Positions 1 through 8,702 of a stretch of 64,000 nt of DNA are shown here, piece after piece. The notes beneath the pieces are model-generated. The model was given only the letters and a program-made list of their open reading frames with translations, made no database searches and was not told where the DNA came from. This stretch comes from Betaproteobacteria bacterium. GTDB taxonomy: Bacteria > Pseudomonadota > Gammaproteobacteria > Burkholderiales > Burkholderiaceae_F. Position 1 is the stretch's first letter, and each line of letters opens with the position of its first letter. Position numbers and translations under genes: made by a program. The stretch covers positions 8,103 to 72,102 of the forward strand of contig JBKDNL010000028.1 in NCBI GenBank assembly GCA_046343415.1, written 5' to 3'.

Positions 1-317
1 TCGCCTGCCCGTGGAACAAGTTTGCGCAGGTCGCCAGCCTGCCCGACTTTGAGGTGCGCCATGGGCTCGACAGCACCACGCTGATCGAGCTCTTTGCCTG
101 GACCGAGGTCGAGTTCGGGGCGCGCCATGCCGGCTCGGCGATCCGGCGCATCGGCCACGAGCGCTGGCTGCGCAACATCGCGGTGGCGCTGGGCAATGCG
201 CCGACCACGCCCGCGGTGATCGAGGCGCTGCGGGGTCGTGCGGGGCATCCATCCGCGCTGGTGCGCGAGCACGTGCGGTGGGCATTGGAGCGTCACGCCG
301 ACCGGACGATCGCTTGA
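1..317 (+). CDS. queG: epoxyqueuosine reductase QueG, C-terminal fragment (5' end outside window)
   Basis: The frame is open from base 3. The translation ACPWNKFAQ...HERWLRNIAVALGN...VREHVRWALERH matches the conserved QueG C-terminus. Stop at 315-317. Confidence 0.75.
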   Translation, partial: ACPWNKFAQVASLPDFEVRHGLDSTTLIELFAWTEVEFGARHAGSAIRRIGHERWLRNIAVALGNAPTTPAVIEALRGRAGHPSALVREHVRWALERHADRTIA

Positions 318-416
318 TTGATCGCGCGCTTGATGCCCCTCAAGCGGGCCGCAAGGCCACCCTCTAGCGTGCCGAGACTCGCGTCCGCGGGTTTGGTGCG
401 CGCCCGCGGAGGCCGC

Positions 417-1307
417 ATGGGCATGGAGCTTTACAACACCGGCGAGCACGCCTGCGTGCTCTTCACCAACCTGGTCGATGAGGGCGACGGTGAGGTTGTG
501 CAGGCCAACCAGTGCCTCATCGTGGACCACGGGCGCGGCATGTTGCTCGATCCGGGCGGCAACATGACCTACAACGAGTTGTTCATCGCGATGAGCCGGT
601 TCTCCGCTCCCAAGGAACTGCAGCACGTCTTCGCCTCGCACGCCGACCCGGACATCATCGCATCGTTGCAGCGCTGGCTGACTTCGTCCAACACACAGTG
701 CGTGATTTCTCGCGTGTGGTCGCGCTTCGTGCCGCACCTTTGCGGCAACGGCCGTACCGATGGGCGCATCCTCGCGGTGCCGGACCGTGGCGGTGTGCTA
801 CGCCTGGCCAAGGCGCGCCTTGTCCTGCTGCCTGCGCATTTCTTACATGCTGAAGGCAATCTGCCGGTCTATGACCCCGTGAGCCGGATCCTGTTCAGCG
901 GTGACCTCGGCGCATCAATGGTCAGTGCGTCGGCCGCCGGCCAGTTCATCGAGGACATCGAGCCGCACATCGGCGCCATGCTCGGCTTTCATCGTCGCTA
1001 CATGGTGAGCAACAAGATCTGCCGCTTCTGGGCCGAGATGGTGCGCGGGCTGGACATCGCCATGATCGTGCCGCAGCACGGGGCGCCGATGCGTGGGGCC
1101 GCCGTCGGGCAGTTCATTGATTGGATCAGCCAACTGCCCAGTGGCGTCGACCTGATGACGCAGGAAGCCTATCGATTGCCGGTTGCACTCTTTGAGCAGG
1201 GCCTGCAGCGCATCCCGGTCGACCTGATGACGCAGGAAGCCTATCGATTGCCGGACCCCAAGTGGATGCTGGATAGCCCGCCGGCCGCATCGGCCGAGGC
1301 GGCGTAG
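417..1307 (+). CDS. MBL-fold metallo-hydrolase (di-iron/FprA-like beta-lactamase domain)
   Basis: ORF 318..1307. The likely start is ATG 417 (MGMELYNTGEH). Motifs seen: FASHADPDIIASL, PAHFLHAEGN, IVPQHGAP. The C-terminus carries a 24-aa duplication. Confidence 0.6.
   Translation: MGMELYNTGEHACVLFTNLVDEGDGEVVQANQCLIVDHGRGMLLDPGGNMTYNELFIAMSRFSAPKELQHVFASHADPDIIASLQRWLTSSNTQCVISRVWSRFVPHLCGNGRTDGRILAVPDRGGVLRLAKARLVLLPAHFLHAEGNLPVYDPVSRILFSGDLGASMVSASAAGQFIEDIEPHIGAMLGFHRRYMVSNKICRFWAEMVRGLDIAMIVPQHGAPMRGAAVGQFIDWISQLPSGVDLMTQEAYRLPVALFEQGLQRIPVDLMTQEAYRLPDPKWMLDSPPAASAEAA
1146..1254. repeat. 72-bp tandem duplication (1.5 copies) inside the MBL-fold gene
   Basis: GTCGACCTGATGACGCAGGAAGCCTATCGATTGCCGG occurs at 1146-1182 and again at 1218-1254. 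The period is 72 nt and in frame (VDLMTQEAYRLP twice). Confidence 0.85.
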
Positions 1308-1319
1308 TCGCCGCAAGGA

Positions 1320-2237
1320 TCAGCGCGCTGTCAGCGCTTGCGCCGTGGCGAGCCAAACGGGCAGCGTCAGCATCGCCAGCACGGTCTGGAGCGTCACGAC
1401 GAAGGCCACGGGCGCGGCATTGCCGCCCATGCGCGCGGCCAGCACATAGGCGCTCGATGCCGTAGGGAGCGCGGCGAAGAGCATGAGCACCTGCGCCGGC
1501 ACACCGCGCAGCCCTGCCACGGTGATCAACGCCAGCGCCACTGCCGGAAACAGCAGCAGCTTCACCGCGCTGAAGTAGCCAAGCACGAGCCGCTGCGACT
1601 GGACGGCCGCCAGCGTGAGCCCCGCGCCGATGCACAGCAGGCCCAGGGCCAAGCTTGCGCCGCCCAGCCGGCCAAGCAAGTTCTGCACGATGCCTGGCAT
1701 GGTCCAGCCCAGCAGGTTGGTCACCAGCCCAGCCACGGTACCGATGATGAGCGGATTGGTCGCCAGTTCCTTGGCCAGACCGCGTTCCGCATGCCGCGCG
1801 AGCGCGAACACCGCGAACAGATTGGCCAGCGGCACGCACACCGAGATGATGAGCGCCAACAACGCCACCCCGCGCGCCCCGAACAGTGACTGCGCCAGGG
1901 CCAGCCCGATGTACGAGTTGTAGCGAAAGGCGGTTTGCACGCTGCTCGCAAACACCTCCGGTGCCGGCTTGAGCATCGGCCGCGCCGCAAACCCGGCTGC
2001 AACCGCGACGAGAAACGCGCCGACCGCCACGCCGAGGGTGACCAAATCGGTCGTGAGTGAAAAGCTGGCGCTGTTGATCGCGTTGAACAGGAGCGCTGGA
2101 AACAGCACGTAGTACACGAGCTTCTCCGCGCCGGTCCAGAAGGCGCGATCGAACGCCTTGGGCCAGGCCCGCGCCAGCACCAGCCCCACGAGGATGAGCG
2201 CGAAGTCCGACAGGATGACGAGGGTGTGGCTGAGCAT
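1320..2237 (-). CDS. AEC family (auxin efflux carrier-like) membrane transporter
   Basis: ORF 1320..2324. The likely start is Met30 (MLSHTLVILSDFALILVGL). It is polytopic and hydrophobic throughout, with the typical AEC N-terminus FWTGAEKLVYYVLFPALLF. Confidence 0.7.
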   Translation of the reverse strand: MLSHTLVILSDFALILVGLVLARAWPKAFDRAFWTGAEKLVYYVLFPALLFNAINSASFSLTTDLVTLGVAVGAFLVAVAAGFAARPMLKPAPEVFASSVQTAFRYNSYIGLALAQSLFGARGVALLALIISVCVPLANLFAVFALARHAERGLAKELATNPLIIGTVAGLVTNLLGWTMPGIVQNLLGRLGGASLALGLLCIGAGLTLAAVQSQRLVLGYFSAVKLLLFPAVALALITVAGLRGVPAQVLMLFAALPTASSAYVLAARMGGNAAPVAFVVTLQTVLAMLTLPVWLATAQALTAR

Positions 2238-2410
2238 CGGGGCGGGCGATAGGTCAGGCGCGATCGTAGCCGCGACGCGCGGCATGATCGGCGACTGGCC
2301 GCGCAAGCGGGCCGACCTCTGCAAGGCCCGAGGCGCGCACCGGTTTGGATCGCCCTGGCGCTGCCCCTATAATCCGTTGTTTTCCCGCCAGGCCTGCTCC
2401 TGTCGGATGT

Positions 2411-2486
<76 letters not shown>

Positions 2487-2947
2487 TCTTCGTGAGAGTG
2501 GATACTAACATTTTGCGGAGCGCTCCGCAATTTCTCCCAGGATGGCACCTTCAGTAGTTCGCGCATCTGCTTCACCGCATCGGCCACTTCCTTCTTGAAC
2601 TCGCGCCGGTTGCGGAACTTCAGGTCAAGCTCGACGTGCGGGATCGCCCACCCGTCGACCACGATGAACACCGCGCCCACGCCGCCCGGCTTGAAGCCGG
2701 CGTAGGCGAAATCCACGCGGCCGAACAGCGCCTTCTCGACCTTGCGCAGCTCGCGGGACATGAAGCCCTCCTTGGTCGACGGCAGGTACGACGGCCGCGC
2801 CCACTGCATGCGCAGCTTGCCCAGCGTCTCCAGTCGGCGGACGTGCGCACGACGACGGTCGAGCGCGGAGCCCTTGCGCAGCCTGCGGCGCCGGATGGCC
2901 CGCTGCACTGCGTAGAAGTTCGGTTCGTTGATGCCCGTCAGAGTCAT
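2487..2947 (-). CDS. hypothetical phage protein whose 3' end runs across the attachment site
   Basis: The start ATG 2945-2947 overlaps the integrase stop (ATGA). GC3-rich coding signal persists to about 2520. In the lysogen there is no stop until 1721, because the frame reads antisense through the tRNA. Confidence 0.45.
2513..2530 (+). terminator. 18-bp perfect palindrome TTGCGGAGCGCTCCGCAA followed by TTTCTCCC (weak terminator-like element after the tRNA)
   Basis: Perfect dyad read directly. The short stem and only a modest T-tract make the call weak. Confidence 0.3.
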
Positions 2948-3975
2948 TTGTTCGGCCTCACTTTCAACCCGCGTTGGCGGATGTAGATGTCGGTGGTGGT
3001 TGCCTTGCTGTGGCCCAGCAAGTTCTGCGCAGCGACGGTGCCCTCGGCCGCGGCCTTGTCGGTGCCGGCCTTCGCGCGCAGGTCACGGAACTGAAACTGC
3101 TTGATGTCGGCCGCGAGCTTCGGCAGTGCCGCCGCTGCAGCAGTGCGGGCGTCGTCGAAGCGATCCCGCAGCATGGTCTTGGTGAGCGGCTTGCCGTGCT
3201 CGTTGGTGAGCAGCGCCATCACGATCACCTTGCACGCGGCCTTGCGCTTGCGGCAGCGACCTATCACGGTCTTGAGCCGGCCCTCGACGACGATCCAGCG
3301 CACGGCGCCGGTCTTCTTCTGGTCGACGCCCAGGGCGCCGTCCTTGATGTCGCCCTCGCTCATCGTGAGCACGTCCTGGGGCCGCTGGCCGGTGAGATAG
3401 GCCAAGTCCATCGCGTCCTGCATCTCGGGGGCGGCGTGGTCGTACACGGCTCTGACCACTGCATCGCTAGCGTAGAACTTGCGCTGCGCCTTGCTGCCCT
3501 CGAACTTCACGCCCGCACAGGGGTTGGGCCGCGCGGTGTAGCCCTCGCGCCGCGCGAACTCGAAGATCGTCGACAGCGTGGCCTTGTCCCGTGCGGCCTG
3601 CACTTTGTGCTCGCGGTGCCGCGCACCGTACTGGTAGACGTGGGTGGACTCGATCTCGTCGAGCGGAGCGCCGTCGAAGAACGCCTGGAGCCGCTTGATC
3701 GCCAGCTTGTATTCGCGCTGAGTCTTCTCGGCTAGCGTGACCAGCTCGCGTGCCGTGTACTGCTCGACCACGTCCGCGAACGTGGTCTGTTTGGCGGCGG
3801 GCTTGCCCATCAGCTCCGACCACTTCTTCACCGCGAGCAGGTAGTCGCTGCCCAGCGGAATCTCCCGGCGGGGCCGCTCGGCGGTGTCGAAGTAGTAGAA
3901 GGTGCGGCCCGACTTCTGCACGCGTGCCCGCATGCGCACGGGCAGCGACAGATGGACGGTTGGCTTTCGCCCCAT
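2944..3975 (-). CDS. int: tyrosine recombinase / phage integrase
   Basis: 343 aa. The C-terminal catalytic region reads FRDLRAKAGTD...LLGHSKATTTDIYIRQRG (R..HxxR..Y type). It lies adjacent to the tRNA. Confidence 0.9.
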   Translation of the reverse strand: MGRKPTVHLSLPVRMRARVQKSGRTFYYFDTAERPRREIPLGSDYLLAVKKWSELMGKPAAKQTTFADVVEQYTARELVTLAEKTQREYKLAIKRLQAFFDGAPLDEIESTHVYQYGARHREHKVQAARDKATLSTIFEFARREGYTARPNPCAGVKFEGSKAQRKFYASDAVVRAVYDHAAPEMQDAMDLAYLTGQRPQDVLTMSEGDIKDGALGVDQKKTGAVRWIVVEGRLKTVIGRCRKRKAACKVIVMALLTNEHGKPLTKTMLRDRFDDARTAAAAALPKLAADIKQFQFRDLRAKAGTDKAAAEGTVAAQNLLGHSKATTTDIYIRQRGLKVRPNK

Positions 3976-3984
3976 GCGGCTCTC

Positions 3985-4191
3985 CTATGCGGGAGCCGGC
4001 TGCCACTTCGGCTTCGGCTCCTCTACTCGTTGATCCTCGCGCCCCTCAATGTGGACGCGGGCGACGATTATCTCGCCCACGTCGTTCACGCGGAAGGGCA
4101 CACCCATGCGCCGGAGCGCGGCGATCTGCTTGGATCGCCACGCCCGGCCCGTCAGCCGGCGAACTTCGTCCGGCTCCAAAAACGTCTTCAT
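3985..4191 (-). CDS. DUF4224 domain protein (excisionase-position small protein)
   Basis: 68 aa. LEPDEVRRLTGRAWRSKQIAALRRMGVPFRVN resembles DUF4224, a family commonly found next to integrases. Confidence 0.65.
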   Translation of the reverse strand: MKTFLEPDEVRRLTGRAWRSKQIAALRRMGVPFRVNDVGEIIVARVHIEGREDQRVEEPKPKWQPAPA

Positions 4192-4212
4192 GCCATGACC
4201 TCAAACTCGCGG

Positions 4213-4446
4213 TTAGGCTTTTGTGCCAAGGCCGCGCGTAGCGTCTTCCCAAGACTCGCGCGTGATCTGCGGCGCTTCGGCTGCTGGCTTGGCGCGTTCG
4301 TGGCATTCCTTCCATGCCTCCCACGCGCCGCATGTCCACGGGTGCGCATACTCGTCGGTGTAGCCCGGCCCCGTCTTTCGGTTCAGCATGTGCGGATTTT
4401 TCACCCACGATTCGAAGTCGTCACGCAGCTTGTAGCCTGTTGTCAT
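4213..4446 (-). CDS. hypothetical protein
   Basis: C-terminal part of ORF 4213..4731. Start chosen at MTTGYKLRDDF, preceded by AGGAAACGACG. Upstream ORF residues are Arg/Pro-rich and look non-coding. Confidence 0.5.
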   Translation of the reverse strand: MTTGYKLRDDFESWVKNPHMLNRKTGPGYTDEYAHPWTCGAWEAWKECHERAKPAAEAPQITRESWEDATRGLGTKA

Positions 4447-4463
4447 CGTCGTTTCCTTTGTCT

Positions 4464-4745
4464 TCATGCCCTGAACTCTCTGAACTCGACCTCGCGGATG
4501 TCTTCGACTTCGGCCTCGAGCACCGGCATCTGCTGGTACTTGCGGTAGAGCTTCTTGTACTTCTGATACAGGCCCCGCACGCTGGTGGGGGCCAGGGTGA
4601 TGAAACGTTGCCCCGGCGCGATCTGGTACTCGCGGTAAGGCGCGTCCGCGGTCTTCTGCGGCTGGCCCTCGGGCGAGGGCAGGTTGCGCTTCGGGGCTTG
4701 CTCGCGGGCGACGCGGCGCAGGTACTTGCACTTCTTGGCGTTCAT
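4464..4745 (-). CDS. hypothetical protein
   Basis: C-terminal 93 codons of ORF 4464..4898. Start MNAKKCKYLRR is preceded by AGGAGGTCGC. Confidence 0.55.
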   Translation of the reverse strand: MNAKKCKYLRRVAREQAPKRNLPSPEGQPQKTADAPYREYQIAPGQRFITLAPTSVRGLYQKYKKLYRKYQQMPVLEAEVEDIREVEFREFRA

Positions 4746-4753
4746 GCGACCTC

Positions 4754-5008
4754 CTACTTGATTTCGACTTTGTGCTCGTTGCGTTGGATGGTGCGGTAGT
4801 CGTCCAGCTTCATCGTGCGGCCGTCGACCGTGACAAAGCAGCCGGCCACCGTGTCGTACTCGGCGTTCACGCCAAGCATTCGGCCGTTGGTGGCGCATTC
4901 GGCCCGCCCGATGGTGGCCGACATGACGAACGCAAGGGCGAAGGTCACCGCGAACGCGCCGGCACTGACGATGGAAAGGCCGACAACAAACTCCAGTGCG
5001 TCTCTCAT
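4754..5008 (-). CDS. small membrane protein
   Basis: 84 aa with one hydrophobic helix (FVVGLSIVSAGAFAVTFALAFVM). An RBS TAGGAG lies upstream. Confidence 0.6.
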   Translation of the reverse strand: MRDALEFVVGLSIVSAGAFAVTFALAFVMSATIGRAECATNGRMLGVNAEYDTVAGCFVTVDGRTMKLDDYRTIQRNEHKVEIK

Positions 5009-5017
5009 GCGGCGCTC

Positions 5018-5587
5018 CTACTTACGGGTTAGCTCGTTAAACCGAGCAATGAAGTTGGCGCGTGCCGACTGCCAGGGCCACGGGATGATCGTGCCCAGCG
5101 TGGGCAGCGTGTCGATTGGCCCCCACGACGGGCCGGCCGTCATCAGGTCGCGCTTCTCCTGGCCCAGGATCAGCGCGTCGGCCTCGCTGACGCTCGCGGG
5201 TTGCTCCGGCTGCAGGCCGAACTTCTCGCAGATCGCCGCCATGACGAGCGCTTCGATGACGTGAAAGTCCGGCATGTCTTTCTTCAGCGGCCGGGCCACG
5301 TCGGGCAGGTACGCCTCGGCTGCATCATGCAGCAGGCCCCACAGTGCGTCCTCGGCGGGCACGAGGTAGCTCACGCAGTAGCTGTGCTGGCCCACGCTGT
5401 AGAACGTGTGGCAGTGGCCCGTGTAGCGGCACTTCAAGGCGAGGGCGTGGGCGATGTCCTCGATGCACACGTCCTCGGGGCGCGGGTCAAGCGGCCAGAA
5501 CTTGCGGCCGGTGAACGTCTGTATCCAGTCGCCACGCCGCGCGGGCGTCTCGGGCAGTTCAGGTTTGATCTCAGGCAAGGGAGACAT
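5018..5587 (-). CDS. HD-domain metal-dependent phosphohydrolase (YfbR/5'-deoxynucleotidase-like)
   Basis: 189 aa. Motifs: IEDIAHALALKCRYTGH, FYSVGQHS, LLHDAAEAYLPDVARPLKK. RBS GGAGAACCGC precedes the ATG. Confidence 0.75.
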   Translation of the reverse strand: MSPLPEIKPELPETPARRGDWIQTFTGRKFWPLDPRPEDVCIEDIAHALALKCRYTGHCHTFYSVGQHSYCVSYLVPAEDALWGLLHDAAEAYLPDVARPLKKDMPDFHVIEALVMAAICEKFGLQPEQPASVSEADALILGQEKRDLMTAGPSWGPIDTLPTLGTIIPWPWQSARANFIARFNELTRK

Positions 5588-5596
5588 GCGGTTCTC

Positions 5597-5608
5597 CTAA
5601 CAGGTTAG
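5597..5608. promoter_or_regulatory. related palindrome CTAACAGGTTAG (early operon)
   Basis: It lies immediately upstream (minus strand) of the RBS and start at 5587 and overlaps the stop at 5605. Confidence 0.6.
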
Positions 5609-5832
5609 TGGGGCTCTCGAACCCCGTTCTCGTAATCCTCTCGGCCATCCCAAGCGGCATGGACAAAGATGTTGTCCCCGTCGGGCTCCGCGCCGCAGGG
5701 GCAGGGGCGGTCAACGTAGTGCGCGAACAAGTCGCTGATGGGGATGATGTGCACCTCGGTGCGGCCTTTGTCGCTGACGCGGGGCATGTTGACCCATCCC
5801 GCGCCGAGGGTGCGGTTGCACTCCACGCGCAT
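5605..5832 (-). CDS. hypothetical protein
   Basis: ORF 5605..5862. The start is placed at Met11 (ATG 5830-5832), overlapping the upstream TGA (TGATG coupling). Confidence 0.45.
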   Translation of the reverse strand: MRVECNRTLGAGWVNMPRVSDKGRTEVHIIPISDLFAHYVDRPCPCGAEPDGDNIFVHAAWDGREDYENGVREPH

Positions 5833-6077
5833 CACCCGTAGCCCTTCTTGCCCTTGCGCCACCCGCTGTTGGTCTTCTCGTGCACCGCGCGCAGGTTCTT
5901 CGGGTCGTTGCCGCCGCCGTCCTTGATCATGCGTTTGTGGTCCACGTCCACGTTCGATGGCAGGTCGCCGTTGCGCGTCTCGTACTCGCGGCGGGCGGCG
6001 TTGCGCTGGGCGCGCTTCTTCACTTGCTCGGGCTTGCTGTGGTAGTCCCGGTACTCTTTCTTGTAGTCACGCGACAC
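5832..6077 (-). CDS. small HNH-like endonuclease-motif protein
   Basis: 81 aa with a GTG start after GGGAGAAGCGCC. NVDVDHKRMIKDGGGNDPKNLRAVHEKTN resembles an HNH core. Confidence 0.5.
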   Translation of the reverse strand: MSRDYKKEYRDYHSKPEQVKKRAQRNAARREYETRNGDLPSNVDVDHKRMIKDGGGNDPKNLRAVHEKTNSGWRKGKKGYG

Positions 6078-6291
6078 GGCGCTTCTCCCTCAGACTTTGG
6101 CAGTCCACGCAGCGCACCTTGCCCATCGCAAGCCGTGCTTCGGGTATCTCGATCTCGCAGTCGACGCAGTGCTTGCCGTCGAAGTCGGGGTGCTCCTCGA
6201 CCCGGTTCGCCGCAATCGAGTTAGCGGCGATGCCCCCGGCCCGCTCGGCTTCCTGCAGGCGCAGCGCCTTTTCAAACATCCATTCATCCAT
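6067..6291 (-). CDS. TraR/DksA family C4 zinc-finger protein
   Basis: 74 aa. CVDCEIEIPEARLAMGKVRCVDCQ is the C4 finger typical of phage TraR-like proteins. Confidence 0.75.
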   Translation of the reverse strand: MDEWMFEKALRLQEAERAGGIAANSIAANRVEEHPDFDGKHCVDCEIEIPEARLAMGKVRCVDCQSLREKRRVA

Positions 6292-6571
6292 CGAACACTC
6301 CGTCTAGCTGGCTAACACTGTCAACGACAAAATAAAGACCACCCGCAGCAAGGATGGCCTCCTGTTGAAACTTCTGCTTTTCTGAGAGATTTTCCCGTTT
6401 TCCTGGCGCCTTGGCCTCAATGCCGACGAAACGCCCCGCCCAACAGCAGACAAAGTCCGGGATGCCGTGCACCCCCATGCCGTTGCTGACCGGACAGAAA
6501 AACCACACGCCCTTACGGCGTAAGAACGCCTTGATGGCTGTCTTGACTTTCCCCTCGGGGGTCGTTGCCAC
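6284..6571 (-). CDS. VRR-NUC domain nuclease
   Basis: 95 aa with a GTG start after GAGGAG. EGKVKTAIKAFLRRKGVWFFCPV...GIPDFVCC...VGIEAKAPGKRENLSEKQKFQ fits VRR-NUC. Confidence 0.75.
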   Translation of the reverse strand: MATTPEGKVKTAIKAFLRRKGVWFFCPVSNGMGVHGIPDFVCCWAGRFVGIEAKAPGKRENLSEKQKFQQEAILAAGGLYFVVDSVSQLDGVFDG

Positions 6572-6701
6572 GATCCAACTCCTCGACCAGTTCCAGTGCG
6601 CGCCGCAGGCGATGCGCCAGTTCAGCCTCCAGCGGCGTCGCCGACTCCAACCCGATGATGAGGTTGCATAGCTCGCTGTCTGTCAGTGCTGTGGCTACCA
6701 T
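6513..6701 (-). CDS. hypothetical small protein (uncertain)
   Basis: C-terminal part of ORF 6513..7394. MVATALTDSELCNLIIGLES is preceded by AAGGAG. The 3' end overlaps the VRR-NUC start by 59 nt. Confidence 0.3.
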   Translation of the reverse strand: MVATALTDSELCNLIIGLESATPLEAELAHRLRRALELVEELDRGNDPRGESQDSHQGVLTP

Positions 6702-6745
6702 GAGTGCTCTACTCCTTAGTTTAGTCATGCCGGGGGAGCCCCGGC

Positions 6746-7423
6746 TCAAGTTCCGCAGTGCTCGCAGTTGCGCCGCCCGACCGGGCACCACTCGCGGCAC
6801 AGGCCGCTGGGGCGCTTGGGGAAGTTGTTCGTCTCGTATGCCTCCTTCATGCGCTCGACGCGAATCATGAAACCCTTCCACAGGGCGGGCTTGTTGTCGC
6901 GCTGATAGGTCTCCTGGTCGGTCTTGCCGGCGTGCAGCCACACGTAGCCCGTGCGAATCCGCTCGACCTTGGGGTAGACCTCGAAGCCCACGGCAGCGAA
7001 CAGTTCGAGCTGGTCGGTGTCGGGTTTGCGCTTGCCAGTCTTCCAGTCGAGCAGGATCGCCTCCTTCTCGCCGCGGATGCACACGTCGAAGACGACGCGC
7101 AGCCACACGTCCTTGCCGAAGTAGGTCGTCTCCTTCATGGCCTCGGTAAGCGCGACCTTGTGCTCGCAGCGGATGTCGCCCGGCATGCCCTTGACGCGGT
7201 CGGCGATGGCCCCCCACTGCTGGTACTTGTCCGGCAACCACTGCTTGCCCTCGACGTGGAGCTGCATCGCCTTGTGCACCGCCTGCCCTTCGGTGGTCGC
7301 CGTGGTCGGCGGCTCCGAGACGGTCTTGGCGACCTTGGTGAGGTAGTACCGCCAGGGGCACGTCTCGAACGCCTGGAGCGCGCTGTACGACCACGCGAAA
7401 GGCTTACTGGCTAACGTTGTCAT
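6746..7423 (-). CDS. PD-(D/E)XK nuclease, Cas4/RecB-like with Fe-S cysteine pattern
   Basis: 225 aa. One N-terminal Cys (ETCPWRYY), core IRCEHK...DVCIRGE...LLDWKTGK, and a C-terminal C-x3-C-x7-C-x2-C (CREWCPVGRRNCEHC). Confidence 0.7.
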   Translation of the reverse strand: MTTLASKPFAWSYSALQAFETCPWRYYLTKVAKTVSEPPTTATTEGQAVHKAMQLHVEGKQWLPDKYQQWGAIADRVKGMPGDIRCEHKVALTEAMKETTYFGKDVWLRVVFDVCIRGEKEAILLDWKTGKRKPDTDQLELFAAVGFEVYPKVERIRTGYVWLHAGKTDQETYQRDNKPALWKGFMIRVERMKEAYETNNFPKRPSGLCREWCPVGRRNCEHCGT

Positions 7424-7976
7424 GGATAGTGAAATGCTTCGGTGCGCGGTCGGCGTATTGCTCCTTGAGCTTCGCCATCAGCGTCTCGCATTCGCTGTAA
7501 ACATCTCGCAAGCCTACCACAGGCGGCCGATCATCTGTTAGCTTCCCCGCCGCTTTGGCGTCTAACAGAATCGCGGCGCAGGCCATGATGTTCCCCAGGT
7601 GATGCGTGCCGTCGACCGGGTCGTGCTCCTCGCCGCTCATGTACGCGTCCAGGTGGCGCTGCATGGCCGCAAGGTAGATCGACGTGCGCACGCCGGCCGC
7701 GCGCCAGTTCCACGCCCCGTACTTGAGCATGCCGGCGAACTGCGCCATCGCCCAGTACGCCTTGGCGATGGGCGAGCACAGGTTGAGCATGAGCTTGGTC
7801 ACGCCGACCATGTCCTTCGGGTTGGTGGGCTTGTTGCTAGCGACCTCGGGAACCAGCTTGGGGGCATCAACCCTCTCCGGCCCTGGCTTACGAACCGCGC
7901 GGGCGACCTGCAGGTAGATGTCGACGGCGCCGGACACCTCCGCGCCTCGCGGGGTTGTCCCTTCCATGTCGTTCAT
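7404..7976 (-). CDS. DUF5664 / dATP-dGTP diphosphohydrolase (MazZ-type N-terminal domain)-like protein
   Basis: Start at Met13 after AGGAGGTCAC. AKAYWAMAQFAGMLKYGAWNWR...YLAAMQRHLDAYMSGEEHDPVDGTHHLGNIMACAAILLD matches my recollection of the DUF5664 signature. Confidence 0.6.
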   Translation of the reverse strand: MNDMEGTTPRGAEVSGAVDIYLQVARAVRKPGPERVDAPKLVPEVASNKPTNPKDMVGVTKLMLNLCSPIAKAYWAMAQFAGMLKYGAWNWRAAGVRTSIYLAAMQRHLDAYMSGEEHDPVDGTHHLGNIMACAAILLDAKAAGKLTDDRPPVVGLRDVYSECETLMAKLKEQYADRAPKHFTIHDNVSQ

Positions 7977-8042
7977 GTGACCTCCTGTTAGAATGGTGTT
8001 GCGGTTCTCCAAACGGAGAATTTCAGGCCAGCTCCCGCTGGC

Positions 8043-8645
8043 CTACTTTTTTCCGATCTTCACTGGCCGGTTGCGTTCTGCACGGGCCAACTCCTCCAGC
8101 CCGTCCAGCTCCTTGTCGACCGTCGACCAGAAGGCGGTGATCACCGACTTCTGCTCGTCCAGCGTCAGCCGGTGCTGCAGTTGTTTGCGCTCGGCTTCAA
8201 GGGCCTTGTCCCGGCCCTTCTTCCACTTGTTGGCCTGCGCCTGCATGAAGTCCAGTCGCGCCCGCCCGCGTAGCTGGTTCCGCTCGCTGCGCATCATGTT
8301 CTCAATCTCGACTGCCCGGCGCTCACGCTCGCGCTTCTGCTGCATGAAGTCGCGCATGTACGCCGTCTTGTCGAACCGCTCGTCAGGGGGCGCGGCTAGC
8401 GGGGGCAACCCCGCGTCGGCGCGCTTGGCCTCGATAAGCGAAACGACTGCGTCGAATTTCTCTCGATCCGCCACTCCGAGTTCGAGCAGTGGATTTAGGA
8501 ACTCCCTGTCGCCGGAGAAACGCGCCTGCAGCGACTTGGCAGCAGGGAGTAGAGCGAGAACGTCCGAGTACACCTCGGATGCTTGCGGCAAAGCGATGAG
8601 CCTGTTAACCGCATCGAGCAGAGCTATACGTTCGGGGTTAGCCAT
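8043..8645 (-). CDS. hypothetical protein (coiled-coil, basic C-terminus)
   Basis: 200 aa. A strong RBS AGGAGGTCAAT precedes the ATG, and the ORF is GC3-rich. Confidence 0.65.
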   Translation of the reverse strand: MANPERIALLDAVNRLIALPQASEVYSDVLALLPAAKSLQARFSGDREFLNPLLELGVADREKFDAVVSLIEAKRADAGLPPLAAPPDERFDKTAYMRDFMQQKRERERRAVEIENMMRSERNQLRGRARLDFMQAQANKWKKGRDKALEAERKQLQHRLTLDEQKSVITAFWSTVDKELDGLEELARAERNRPVKIGKK

Positions 8646-8702
8646 ATTGACCTCCTAGTTTATGCCGTGTTATACACTTGATCTCCTGTAAAGAAAATTA
8701 TA

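Noticed and set aside
8660-8700. A/T-rich patch with TATAAT between genes 8703 and 8645 as an internal promoter.
   Set aside because: No convincing -35 lies at the proper spacing, so I could not support it beyond composition.
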